Position numbers and translations under genes: made by a program. Below the pieces are notes generated by a model. The model searched no databases, was not told the origin of the DNA, and saw only the letters and a program-made list of their open reading frames with translations. Source: Takakia lepidozioides (taxonomy: Eukaryota; Plantae; Bryophyta). From it: a DNA stretch of 64,000 nucleotides. Position 1 is the stretch's first letter. The number at the start of each line of letters is the position of its first letter. The DNA lies in contig CM060731.1 in assembly GCA_030704615.1 (NCBI GenBank), positions 5,022,001 to 5,086,000 on the forward strand, given 5' to 3'. Shown one piece after another: positions 11,800-25,566 of the stretch.

Positions 11800-12975
11800 C
11801 TTCCTACTGCCTCCATGAATTGGAAACGGTCATCTTGGAATATTAGAGGCATAGGTTCCGATGCTTCCATGCCTAAGAGAAGTAGAATTCGTAATTGTGC
11901 CTCTTCCTTACGGGCTGCCAATAATATTGGATTCACTGTCAATGGCTCATTGAATCCAATCTGGTGGGACCAGTCACCATACAATCCTTCATAGCGGCTA
12001 AACGTAACCTTGCGGAGCTGCGTGCTTTCAAGGAGACTAATTTGAAAACGAAAACATGTGTTAACTGGTCTTTGAAGGGGGAGAAAATGACCGCATATTT
12101 TTTCCAGAAAGCTAAGCAGCGTCAATCCGCGACCTCCAATTGTTCTCTTAGGGATGATTCCAACACTGTCCAGTCCAACCCCAAATCTGTTGCAGCACAA
12201 TACTTCATGAACCTCTTTGCTTGACCGCCCGTGTCAGATGACTCTTTTGTTCATAGGCTTCAGGTTCTCAATTTTGTCCCGAAAATCCTCTCTAGCGAAG
12301 ATTCCCTCGCTCTTAACTCCCCCTTCACCGCTTCTGAGCTTTTTTATGCAACTGGAGCTCTGGCATCCTTAAAATCTTTGGGGCTTGATGGTCTCCCGAG
12401 TTCTTCCAAGTTCTTTGGGAGGTGGTAGGGGATGACTTTTTGCTTATGGCCAATGACATCCTCCTTAAAGGAATTATGCCTTCCCAAATTTCGCAAGGGG
12501 TCATTGCTTTAATTTTCAAAAGGGGGGATAGGGACCTCGTTTCAAATTACAAACCTATTACGCTGCTTAATTCCACGTACAAAATTATCGCTAAAGCTCT
12601 TGCGTTAAGGTTGCAACACTTCTTGCATAAGTTGGTGCGCCCTGAGCAGACAGGCTTCATGCAGAACATAATGATTTTGGATAATATCTTACTTTCCATT
12701 GAGGCCCTGCACCAAGCCTATGAGTTTGATCAGCCCTTAGCCCTTCTAATGTTGGACTTTGAGAAAGCTTTTGATAATGGGAACTGGGCTTTCCTTATGG
12801 CGGCTTTGGAAAAGCTTGGTTTTTCTGGCAGTTTTCTGGCCTGGATTAAAATCCTGCTATTCTCGACATCCAGTAAAGTTCAGGTGAATGGAGACTTTTC
12901 CTCCGCTTTTCGTTTACATCGTTCTGTAAGACAAGGATGCCCCTTGGCTCATTTTCTTTTCATTCTGGCTGCAGT
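11800..12975 (+). mobile_element. Truncated L1/Tx1-like LINE ORF2 fragment (endonuclease start plus N-terminal half of RT)
   Basis: SWNIRGIG near 11833, then KSLGLDGLP, YKPITLLNSTYKIIAKALALRL, PEQTGF, LDFEKAFD, VRQGCPL. Frameshifted, and ends before the YADD motif. Confidence 0.9.
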
Positions 12976-15005
12976 TTTATTTTTTTCCCTTATAAATAGA
13001 ATTTTAGGGCTACTTCCTCTCTTCATAAAAATATAATATAATATAATATGAAACTTGGTCTAATTGTTAAAAGGGTCAATAGATTAGTGAGTCAAGTAGT
13101 TAATACCTTTTCAGGTCTCTCAAAAAGACACAGATTGACAATGTGGAGATATAAGGTTATTTAGAGATCGTGAATACAAAGATTGATCTATTAAGTCCCT
13201 TTCCTTCTTGCTTGTATGTTTTCTCACTGTATGTGTAGAATGTAGCATGTTTCTAATACTAACTACCTCACTATGACATTGGATTGTTTGATCAAGTAGA
13301 GCCATTTGTGATATTTATGTACTAAAATGTGTAAGGAGAAAATACCCCTCATCTGTGTTGCCAAGTACTGCTCTTTAAACGTCGATGTTGAAAGACTTGG
13401 CGGCAATTGCACATAACTCTTTATCTTAGTACCAATTCTTTGTTTCATTAATTGTGCCCACAATTACGATTTCCACTCTTCAATTTGGCATCCTGCCTAG
13501 TGGAGAAGTTGTGATCAGCATTGTAGCTATTTGCTTCAACAAGCAGCTCTTTGGTCAAATCAGAAAAAATTAGATCCAAATACATACTATACCTTGGCCC
13601 AATAAGACTGCCTACTCTATGGATAAGAGCTCATGACCTTAAAAAATTCATGAAGATCAAGTGCATATATGAAACTTTGATGAAAGAATCGAACTATGAT
13701 CTCATTAGACAGTGGCTGCTTGGAAGAGACATGTCCGAAAGATAGCCCTGGGTGGTTGACAGAGCTGAAGCAAGAGTTACAATACCTAAAACCAGTTGTA
13801 TATACAACACATGAAGTCCAGTTCATTCAAACATAACACTCTTTCATTTGACCAAAAGAAAAATAAATCTTGAAAGCAATGTTGAGAATTTATGTACAGT
13901 CTGTCGAATATGAGTACTTCTCGTCCTGGCTTACCATAAGCCAAACACAACTAGGCTCCCATCACCTCGCTAGAATTGGTGTAAAAAGTTGCTAATTTTA
14001 GGAGTACACTCATGAAACGGTCTTTGCCAACAAGTTTTCACGACATGAAAGGGATGCAATCTAAGGAAATGATTGGAATTGAATCGAATAGATGAAACTA
14101 GATTTGACGCTCAAAGACGCGAAAGGATGGCGTGATATGTGGGGCTTCTTCTAGTTCTTGCAATTTGCGCCAAACAACTAAGTTCACAACTATTCTTTCA
14201 TGTCCGCATCCATTTTAAGACTTTACTTGAGGTTGGAGCACATTTCTTCATAGACCATATTTTGATTTTCATGGTGGATTAATTGCATATGGTCGTAAAT
14301 TCTAGCATGCAAGGGTGTGGTGCTATTGATTACCGAGTGTGGTATTGGCCGCCAATGTACATGGAAACCAAAAGTGTGCTCCACATCTTTCCACTTGATA
14401 AATGTTGAAGTGACTAGTTTCGAGTATATTATTTTCTCTTTCCATTATATATATGAAGCGGAACTTGGTTTCTACGGAGACTGAACACACTCCAGTATCT
14501 CTGCCACATAGAAGGCCTATGATACCTTCTGCAAACGAGGTGATATTAATGACATAATCTGACAAATAAACCACCATTTACATCATTTGTAGTCTATGTA
14601 TATCAATGACAATCATGATTCCTTTAATATAACATTAGAAACACTAGAAATTTAAAGATTAGCACATGACATGATTATATTTACAATCGAAGTTGGAATA
14701 CTTAGGTTGGGTACGGTGAGGCCCTTGCAAAATCGGAGCATCAACTAATTCATTAATTTTTATATACATTTACAAGGAAAAGGATTCTGTAGTGCATATC
14801 ATCGATAACTGTAATTTAACCGTCAGCCCACCATAGAAAACCTAAAGTAGCTGGGCTAATAGGTTATGCAGACAATCAAAGTCATTCCGTTCCATAACTA
14901 TGTTCTGAAGCTATAGAGTAACAGTGGGTGCATGACTGGTCTTACTAGGACCTGCTATCTCGATCCAAGTTGCATCAGCGGAGGCTTTGCATTGTCTTTA
15001 TAGCT

Positions 15006-18000
15006 ATGGCAGTTGTAGCTTTGTTGTGGATGAATCAAGCTTGGCCTCTAGCAGCATTGCATAAGTCAAGCCCTTCTAAGCAACGAGCTATTGTGTTTAC
15101 ATTATACTCTAACACTCCTGGGGGGTTGAATCGGCACATGCAACATTATAATAATAGAACTTTGGACAATGAAAGAGATCGACACGGCCAAAGAATGTTA
15201 CAACATCGTACAGCTATATGGTTAGGTCATGGCCGTCTCAGAGATGAAACTGGGTACACCCATCACATTCCATGCTTGTTTTTTCTTATATTTGATAGAA
15301 AATTGTTTAACTATCTCAGATTTGATATAGTTATGTGCACTGATATATGAATCTTTCCCGATTGATGTAGTCTAACGCTAGCATATTCTTAATTACAATT
15401 TCAAAGTGCTCAAATGGTTGTCAATACCACACAACGACATTGACTATGACTTAACCCACGTAGGTGTACATGGCTACAGAATATGAAATTTATTCAACAT
15501 CAAATTAAGATTTCCAAAGCCTGCAAAAACTTTCTTCCTGGAAATTGACACCGGTAGCGACCTCTCATGGATTAATTGTGATGCACGAAAGATACCACGT
15601 GGAAGAATTAGAACCATTTGCCCTGAGGTAACTATGTCCATACTATGTCCACCGCCAGCAAATGACTAAACAAATTTGCTCCAAGAATTTAAAACTGAGG
15701 TAGCCATCCTACAAAATGGGTTCGATCCAATTTCATCCCCAGCTTGACAAAAGATCCTCATTTGGGATAGAGAGTTAGCAATCCAAAGACAACCGAAGAT
15801 TGGGTTTTACACAGATAAAAATCATTGCATATTTGACCAACCCAACACAGAGACCAGCAGCCAGCTAGACCTAGCCCAAGCATTTTCCCACTAGCTCATC
15901 CTTAGGACCATTGTAGCCAATCCTCACTTTATAAACTAAAAGAATGTAGACTTTTTCTTAACATATCAATATCAGTTAATTGCTTGTCAAATGGCAAGCC
16001 CTTAGAGGCATGTGCATGAATCAACACTCTAACCCAAGTTTGCCACTGCGGTGACTTATTAACACATATTCAATCAAGCAAAAACATGATTTCTACGAGG
16101 GCCAAAGGGGTTGGAAGAGATATATGATTTGTCACATGTTGACAACTTAGTAACGTTATTGCATGGACCAGCTCATGGTTCCGGAAATAAGTTATCCATC
16201 GATGCAGTGCCAACATTATTGGGCCTTTTTAAGAGTATCCACACAATTAGCATTGATCACTAAGACACTCTCTAGTATGATATTTATTAATGACACTTTG
16301 GGGATGAAATTGTTGATATCCGCAGACAAAATAGTGAGATGAGCTACCGCCTTTCTTATATTTATGCCCACTTTGGATCGATAGTACCTTTGTCACGAGC
16401 AGAAGGGATCGGGATACATGAATGAAATGTTGACGCATGACATCTTCTTGCTCAACACGGATTGCTGTCCAAATTATGAGGAAGCTAGGGATCACGTTAC
16501 CCTCCATTAGCGGGGAGAGATGGAGGCTATAGAGAAGTTGATCTAGGAAAATACATGCCTATTATTTAAGGCACATGTTACAGAGCCGAATCCATAGCAA
16601 AGATCGTGGGCTTTGGCAATCAAGGTCGATTTGAGGCTTTGGTCTGTTTCTTCTTAGGGGGCACACCACTACTAAGATTGTTGTAGTCCCCGGAGAGAAG
16701 ACTCCGGCCAAAGCCAGCTTAACTAAGAGCTACTTCACCTTGTGGTTATTGCCCCTTTTCAGGGACTTAGTCCCCACATAAACTCATCAGTATCCAACAA
16801 AACGGCTAGCACGGTTAGGGCATAAGGCGGCCTATTAAGCAATTCAAAGTCATATTAAGTGTAGGTTGGATATCATCCATTATAACCAACCCAGAAAGCA
16901 CGTCCCTTTCCGAGCGTAGTGACACTAAAATCTATTATTTTTCCCAAATTAAATTTTCTTAAGGGGACAAGGCCCTGTAAATCATATTATGTAGTAGTTG
17001 TGGAAACAATAACCACAACAAGAACCATGATTTGGGATAGGTCTACTCAGGCTGTGTTCCTAGGCGGACCGAAAAAAAAGCTAAGAAGATGAATTACCAA
17101 AGAAGAGAGAATTTATGAATCGACGCATCGGAGGCTCTTAAAATTGAGATATGTCTTGACCTTTGAATCCATATTTTAATTACGGAGTCGCTAGTTCATG
17201 TCCACCTACTCTTACTTGCAATAGAGGTCCATCAACAAGGGGCCGAGACGCCAACGGTCGACAAGCCCAAATTGTTCTGCACATGATCCGAAGTTCGTGT
17301 ACAAATGATTCCTCCATTAGCCATGAGGAGTTGAGTTGCATGTAGAGCATCTACGTACTAAATCCAATATAACATCCACAAGTCTTTCTTGCCTTCCATT
17401 AGAAGATCAACATTAAAAAATGTGGACTCTTGCCAAAACAAGTGTAATTTATGGTGTTGACCTAGACTTAACCCCGCACAGCTCTTCATTTTGCAAAAAG
17501 GCTCCATATGAAGGTCGAAAAAATCAGGGCCCTTCAAAAGAGAGGCCAAATAAAATCTGAACATTTCATCATGAATGCTAGAAAAAAATGAATTAACTTG
17601 CAAATGAAAGTCTAAGTTTAATAATCAAGGGTTTAGGGAACAAGTTTTTTTGGCATAGTCAGTAGTGCCAAGCATCCATTCGGCCAACCAAGTTGCCAAT
17701 TTCCAAGTTGGAAGTTGCAATAGCCATTGGAATTTGGATAGTTGGAGGTTCCAAATTCCAATGTCTATTGCAATTTGTCAATTCCATGGTCACTCCATGG
17801 GCCCCTACATGCAGCCCCATGGTGTACTCACAACAAAACCTATGGGTATAGTGTACTATGTTGTATTCAAAGTCAGTGACCTACCCGCTACGCTAAAGCT
17901 TATCGTGGAGTGTGCTGAGCTTGTTTAAGTGTTTGCCCGGTGAAGGAATCAATGACCAAATGCCGCTACAACTCACAAGAACATAGACAGACAATGGACA

Positions 18001-21000
18001 ATGGACACAAAAGCCCATGCCAGCCCAAATTCAAACAAACTAGGTGAACCCACTGTGACAATTATGTATACAAAAAACTAGGGTTGGTTGAAGTTCACTC
18101 AATTCTGCTACTGGAAACATGTCTCAATCTCAACACGTTGGGCCACCAATTGGTAGGCCACGTCGTGATGTCAAACAAATGAGGCTGGATACTTTGTTTT
18201 CACGGTCTGCATCTTCAAGTGGTGGTCCCATCATCCATGGTATATTTTCAAATATCCATAAGAACCAGTGCGCACAATGAGAAGTACTAATACTATTATT
18301 TCTCAATCATGCAACAAAGATGTTTTTGCATCATCTTTGGGACTTCATCGCAATCTATATACAAACATCCATTCTGATCATTACACCAGGTCATATTGCA
18401 CCCTCAACTACTTGCACTGGATCCCCCTTGAACATTATTATTTTTAAGGTAATTTGGAAAATTTTAAGGATTTTCTTTTGCCTTGGAAATCATCGAATAT
18501 AAATGAACATTCGATCTTTAAGTTGCTCAACTGACACAATGCGTGGACATGGTTTTCCTTTCAACATTGGTGTAGCTTGAGCTTCAGAAAATCAGGTGCT
18601 CTCACCTATTGAAAAGAAATTCCCTGAGATGCATGCTACGTCTTTGGGTAAGATCTTTGTTGATCTTCAACATCCAAAATATAGCCCAATGGTTATGACA
18701 TAATATCATTTCACTAGTGGTTGTGGGTTTGAAAACCCCATAAGTGTGTTGGATGTCATAAAGGCTACACCTACACTCGGAACGGAGTAGCCAGTGTTTA
18801 TAAGTTTTGAAGGGTACCTTAGACTTTCATTTGCAACTTTCCTAAAATTTATGCCCTTCATTTTGAAGGGCTGTAATTTCGACAGCCCTTCAAAACATAA
18901 TTTGCCAACGTAAATGGGCTGTTTTATGATCTTCCATAGCCTGTCTCTGCATCGTGTTTGCACCAACCATTTGACAACAAATCAGGAACCCATAGACAAA
19001 GTTTTTGAGGGCATCAAACTGATAATGCCACTGAATTGTCTAACTATACCTTTTAAGAAGTCCCTACCAACCTCATAATATTCTTCATTTGCAAACACAT
19101 AGTAGATGCTATGAAAGTTATTAAAGGCTTAAACCCCAATTGATTCATCAACATGGCTAGTTACTCTAGTAAGAGGTGACGCAATTGGAGGGCAAAAATT
19201 GTTTAAATGCTGCATAATATGGTAATCTCCTGGAAGAGATAGCATTAATAATAATAAATAGTTCGATTCATCAAACAACAATAGATTATAACACCAATGG
19301 TAGAATAGTTGTGAGGGTTTAAAATAAATAAATAAAGGTGCTGATGTTGACAAGTGTTACATCTTCTCAGTATCAAAGGTCCAAATTGGGGCGAAGGATT
19401 ATTTAAAATCCATTGAACAAATGATCAATCTCATGTGCATAAATTCATGATGATGGCTGGGTTTGTTGATAAAAAAGTTCCTTTGGTCTAACTGTTATCA
19501 CACATTTGGACTTAACTCTTTTTTATTCTCTCTTGGATTCAACAAAATGCCGGACTTATGGGACCATCGAACTAGCTCTTATAGTGGAAATGTAAGGCTA
19601 TAGGCCTTTTAGATTTTTGGTCTCTTGGCATCTACTAGAAAATATGAGGTCTATATTGATGTCCATATTTATGGCCATTTTTATGTAAAATAAAATTGGG
19701 AAGAGGGGTCATACTTAAAATAGAAGCGATGTCCAGTCTATCTAGCAGAGGTACCCAATTATGTCCATGCAACCACTCATCTATTATTTTTATAGCTCTA
19801 ATCTAGAGCCTTGCACTTATTCCATTGATTTGATAGCTCAACTGAACCACCCCCTTTCATCACTCTTTACCTCTTTGCATATATATATTGTTTCTTAATT
19901 TTTGCCTATTGGTATTGCTTCCAAATATACTTGCAACTATGGCCATACTAGGTTATGTATGAAGTCTCACCTTCTGAATTGGTTTTTATTTTTTATTTTT
20001 TATTTTCATTTAATAAAGGTGAAAGGGGAGAAGCCCATATTAACTTTATTCAAATTATTGAAGGGAAACAAATTGCTTGTTAGGACTTGTTGAGTCCAAA
20101 TGATGGTTCAGGCCATCATTGCAATGTCGTTCTCAACTTTTTTAGCAGATTAATGGTATATAGTGAGGATCAGGATCTGCAATTTCCCTCACATTCATCA
20201 TCCCTTGCTACTGCTTCTATTCATAAATATATGACAGGGTTCTCTAGGCAGGTGGGTATTAATTGGTAAAATTTTTCCGGTAGGTACTAAATTTGGGAAG
20301 ATAAAAGCACCTACGTATGGTCTCTCCTTAGGGAGGAGCCAATCAAAGTGCTCCATTCCCTGAAGACGATCAAGGTGCAATGGCAGGCTGGGGGCAAGGC
20401 GACCGGCGCCAGGCTTGTGTACAGCCAATGTTTTTGGCAAATTTCTTGCATACCTCTAAGGAATAGAAGGAAAAAAATTATAAAAATGAATTGGTCACTG
20501 CCAATGTGTTGCAAAATAAAATAAAATAAAATAAAAGTGAAGATAGTCACAAATGACTCACACATGTGCGAATGAGCTAAAACGACAAGATATAACCATA
20601 ACATTAGCTACTATTCTGACATATTGCTCATGTAGCAATTCTATTATGAGATATACAATTATTAAATGTAATTTTTATATGTTCGCTGTGTGTTCAAACA
20701 CACTAGGGACCAAATGGTGTATATTTACCCGAAAAATTATTGAACTGCACCGACCCATTTTGTCAACAAGCCAGAGACGTAAATTCGCGCTTCACGTGCC
20801 TACCACCCAAGTGGATATGTGACTATAAAGTTACGTACATGGATGACGACTACAGCCTTGGTGTGGCTGTGATTGACAACATCGAGTTAGACATCATTGA
20901 TCACGGTTCTAAAATTATTAAAGATAATTTAGAACTGAAATTTGGGTAGGTAATTCAGTGATTGACTCTCGGTCTTTTCGTTAACCATCATTTTTTCTTA

Positions 21001-23840
21001 AAATTAATATGAAGATTAGACATTATTCAAGTGTTATAGGCAATATTTAGAAACTGTCAATTGATAATATAGGAACTCCACAATAATATGGTGAAAATGA
21101 TAAATTTTTATTAACAGGTTACTAGGCATAACATATTACTGTCGACAATATGATTTACAGGGCCCGTCCTCCCTTTTATTAAATAAATAAATAAATAAAT
21201 GTATTTTTACTGTGCCGGGTAGATGCATGGTAATATTGTAGTTCTTTGAAAAGAAAAACAGAGTTGACATGTCAATATGGGTAGATGTGGATATGAGCAG
21301 GAGGGTTTGCATTATTGGAAAGAGGATGTTCATGGGCGAAAAACAAAGGTTGATCAAAGTACCGATGGACTTATAGGCTTCAACCAATACAGCACAGGGT
21401 TACCATCACAATTGGACAATGCGGGGGTGATTTCAAGCAGGGTCGTTGGCCATTGTTTTTCCTTAAATACTAATGATAACAATGAAGCAGGCTACATTTT
21501 CCTCGGAGAAGGTCTTATTCCACCAGATGGCATTACTTGGGCAAATACCATTCTACATGGGTAAGTTAATGTGATCAAAATTGTAAGACATATGATTCCA
21601 ATGCTACCACATAGAGATAATTCTAGAGAATAACTTCGAATATATTTATTTTAATATTATTAATGGTAAATGTATTTTTGAAAACTTAAACTGGTAAAAA
21701 CGTAAAGTATAAATATGGTTATGGGATTCAATTCTGATTTTTTAATCTCCCTATTTTTTCTCTTTCTTACAGACAATAAATTCCTTATGGTAATTGTGAG
21801 TATTACATATTATAAGCTATAAAGCTTGGAATGTAATTTAAAAGTTTACTTTTCCCCTGTTAAGTTTTCTGGAAAGTTTGAAAACTTGCATGTTCAGTAA
21901 TAAATATATTATCATAAGTACATATATCTAGACAACTCCTATGAGTTGATTATATATATGACATCAGTCCCACATTCGATGCTTATCTAGTTCAAATTAT
22001 TTATTCACCATCTTGACATACTCATGTTATCGTCCTTGATAACAAAAAATTTATGACAATTTAACTAGACATGACCATGCTCCCACATATATGTTGGCCC
22101 TCGTATACATACAATATGACGATCGTACTGTATGGCGACACTACTACGACAACGAAGTAACAACAACAGTTGCTTTCGATAGTGGAACCTCTGAAACAGG
22201 ATTGAGTACCATAATCTATAACGAGCTTCTAATTCAAGTGAGTACTTGACGATTTTATATAATAAAAGAATGTCAGGTGTTTTTTGTTGAGGAAAGCATC
22301 GACAAGTATGGTGTCTATTCAATATTAACCCCTAAAGGACGACGCGACCCGATTCGGGTCGCATCAGATTTCTTCCCACGCTCGAATTCCCATGGATGAT
22401 AGTGGATGGAAGTGAACCTCGAAGATGAATTGTAGATGTCAGAGAGGAGCACGTGTAGGAATTTACAGCGCCAAAAAATCATAAAAGCTTTGCTCCCTAG
22501 AATTCAATGTGCCAGGGTTTCATGAAATCCAGTGTTAGAGCACCATTGACCTGCCTACGTGGCCTGCCTACGATGTAGTCAAATGGGCAATGTTCAAGAT
22601 AACATCTAGGGCTGAAAATTTATCATAATGCCAAAAAATTTGGACAAGGCACCATGAAATGTTACTGTGCACTTATTTACCAGAGGAATTGGAAAACAAA
22701 TATCACCTCATAGAAGCCAAAACAAGATAATTTACCCCCCAGATTTCACATACAAAGCATCCCCCCCATTTTTGGCATTTTGTTCTGAGATTCTGGGAGA
22801 TGACCTGTTGGTTGCCCCTTATCCGGATTCTGGAGGCCATTTCTTCAAGAAAAAATGCAAAATCACCAAACTTGCATGGTCAAAGCAACTTTTCCTCTCT
22901 TTTTTTGTTCATGGTTTCAACTTGGCCAATTTTCTTTTGTTATAATCTACTAAATGGAACGGTCAAAAGTGCTACAATTTTCTGAGGACCTTCATGTAGT
23001 AGGTAGGGATGGAATGGAACGGTTCATCCAGCTGGATGTAAGGGGGGTAGGAAGTTAGAGCTTAGCAATGGAGGGTATGGCCCACTTTTTTGGAAACTCC
23101 CAAAAGTTAGCTCGTCCTTTAGGGGTTAACAATCGTTGCATGTGGGCTCTATTTGATAAGTTGAGAAGTACAATTTAGAGACAAATCTGTTCATGTGTTG
23201 TAATCGATCAATTAGGTGGAAGATTCTGCGTGGGAAGTCGGCTATGATAGATCATCACAGAGAAATAATGAATATGACCTGTGTTGGCCTCCAAATCGGT
23301 TAGTACAAATGATACATTAAATCGGACTGGGTATTCAATTTATCACGTCTAGTTGTTGACCTAGGTTTACAACTAATAAGATAATTAGTCACTAAACTCA
23401 GTCATGGGCGATAGGGTGGGTGATTTGAATGACTGATGTTAAGTAGTGCATCGATGTCATGGTCTGAATTCCTAGGCCAACAATTATTTCTCTCATCGAG
23501 AAATCAAAATCTCTCTGTAAATCGTTGAAATGAATATTCAATCAAGTGGTAAAAGATGTTATTCAAGAGTGTTTTTTAATAGTATCATTTTTTTTGTTCA
23601 TTTTTGTCAGCAAATCTTAAGTAGCTATTTCCTTGGAATGACATCATTACGTTATAGTTGTTACATGAAAATATTGATATGTAAAAACTGTAAATATAAC
23701 TCATCCCCTACTAGGAATATCCTATTTTACAATATCCAGAAATTAGTAATCTGATCTTATGTATATAATTATTATTAAGAATTTCTGAGCTAAAAAAATT
23801 CACTAAAATAGTTGGACCAAAACTATAACATTGTTAACAA

Positions 23841-23873
<33 letters not shown>

Positions 23874-25566
23874 GACAAAATCATATGTTATTTAGTTTCA
23901 GCAAATATGTCGGTTGGGATGACCAGCCCAGGACTCGCTAGGTCATTACAAGATGGTCTTACTCTCTCATTTCATACTGATGATCATCAAAGCAGCTACT
24001 CGAAGCCCAAGAAAGCCATTTTCGAAATTACTCCTTCTCGCTATATCAGCAGTCGAGTATGTTCATGCAACTTTTTTTTTAAAATTTTTAAATTTTTTTT
24101 AATAATCACGCTTCCTTTCTCATTATATTCTGAGTACATAACTATTCCAAATAATCTGAATGAGCCCGAATTGACACATACAACTAAGTTTAATCTGGCG
24201 GTTGACATAGCAACTAGGTAACAAGATACCCGTTACATGCAGCTATACATAGCAGTTACCTCAGTAGTCAAGTTAAGTTAGAGGTTAAATAAAAATTTGT
24301 ACATTTATTATTATTATTCTGTCCAAGGAACTCCTTGTATTCACTAACCTAATAGACGCAAAAGGCTCTTCTTAAGTTATCAATTTTTTGAAAAAATTCA
24401 AATTTAAACCGAGTTAATTTATTATCAGTAGCCTCTCTCCCTTAGGGTTGAATGCAATTTTTATATTTACTGGATGTATGAAGACCTTATAGCTAATTTA
24501 TACATACCATAAACACAGTTTAACATACTTAATTGTAGGCAAACCCTTGAAAAATTGCAGATAAATTAACATAGCGGCCAAGTTAGCCACAATTACATTA
24601 ACTTAGGTGCATTCCACACTTGCATGTGTGAACATCCTGACGATGATCAATGTTGACTCTTGGGCCGAAGAAAACATAAATTACGGTGTCATGTCACTCC
24701 ATAAGGCTCATCCTTTTGTTTCACCTTCTAATGCTCTAACGAGTCCCTAGTACCCAGATATTAGGTGGCTGGCTGATCCAGCGACCCCCCCTTTTATAGC
24801 TTGATTGTCCACATGGGTGACATCCAACAGACGACTTTGTGGCTTTGAACCCAGTTGTGCCCTAACCATTGCGGCATCTATTGGATGTTGAGCATGATAA
24901 ACCATATAAAGTGCGACTTATTTACAATAGAAACACAAATACACAACCAACAAACAATTGAAATTGTCGGATCGTAATTGTTAATTTATTATATCAACAA
25001 GCTAAAGAAAAACATCTATTTAACTAGTTCATACAATTGATAAAAAGAAATTGTTTAGCTCATGTTTCATGGATTTACTTTCTTGTGTGTCTTATCCACA
25101 TATGTGTTTGTTTTCTTGTGGATTAAATTTGACTATGAATCTTTTGGTGATTTGGTAGCATGTGGGCAATGAACAATGCTTTAATATCAGACATAACGAA
25201 CGACATAACAATATTGTAATTGGTGGTACCATCTAAAACCTTCATCCAAGTTTCATTTACTAGTATAATGATAATATTAAATCATGAATGTTTTGAAAAA
25301 CAAAATAGAAACTTCATATACTAGAATTACATGTTGATATTATTGATAATTTAAAATAATAGAATTTACAGATATATTATACCTGTAATTTTTGTTTTTG
25401 TTTTTTTCTTGCATTTTACTGTTGGCATTTTATGTTAAATTTATCTAAATGATTATATTTGTGTGCAACAGTTGCGTCACTTCGGGAACACGTGATTATG
25501 TACGATCCTCATCAACAACGACTTGGATGGAAAGAGGTGATGGATTGTGAAAATAGATGGACATAG
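15006..25566 (+). CDS. A1 (pepsin-like) aspartic protease, Asp1/APCB1/nucellin-like; 9 exons 15006-15253, 15480-15627, 20707-20945, 21285-21560, 22069-22237, 23216-23298, 23942-24056, 25159-25225, 25472-25566; possible pseudogene
   Basis: Signal-peptide-like start MAVVALLWMNQAWPLAA. Catalytic motifs EIDTGSDLSWINC (GAC at 15547) and AFDSGTS (near 22178). Also CDYKVTY, FGCGYEQ, VVGHCFS, DLCW and YDPHQQRLGW...C. Splice phases are compatible with GT-AG introns (the exon 7 acceptor is weak). In-frame TGA at 15484-15486. Confidence 0.85.
22329..23125. mobile_element. Non-autonomous piggyBac-type element (MITE) in intron 5 of the protease gene
   Basis: Perfect 14-bp TIRs CCCCTAAAGGACGA (22329-22342) and TCGTCCTTTAGGGG (23112-23125), each flanked by TTAA (22325-22328, 23126-23129). 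Subterminal hairpin GCGACCCGA-T-TCGGGTCGC at 22344-22362. No recognisable transposase ORF. Confidence 0.8.
23841..23873. repeat. (CT)n(AT)n microsatellite
   Basis: ctctctctct atatatatat atatatatat ata. Confidence 0.9.

Noticed and set aside
13100-19500. Additional TE coding remnants on the minus strand (13.2-14.6 kb, 15.7-16.9 kb, 18.1-19.4 kb)
   Set aside because: Too degraded to assign. There is only a faint LINE C-terminal-like pattern near 15.8-16.0 kb.
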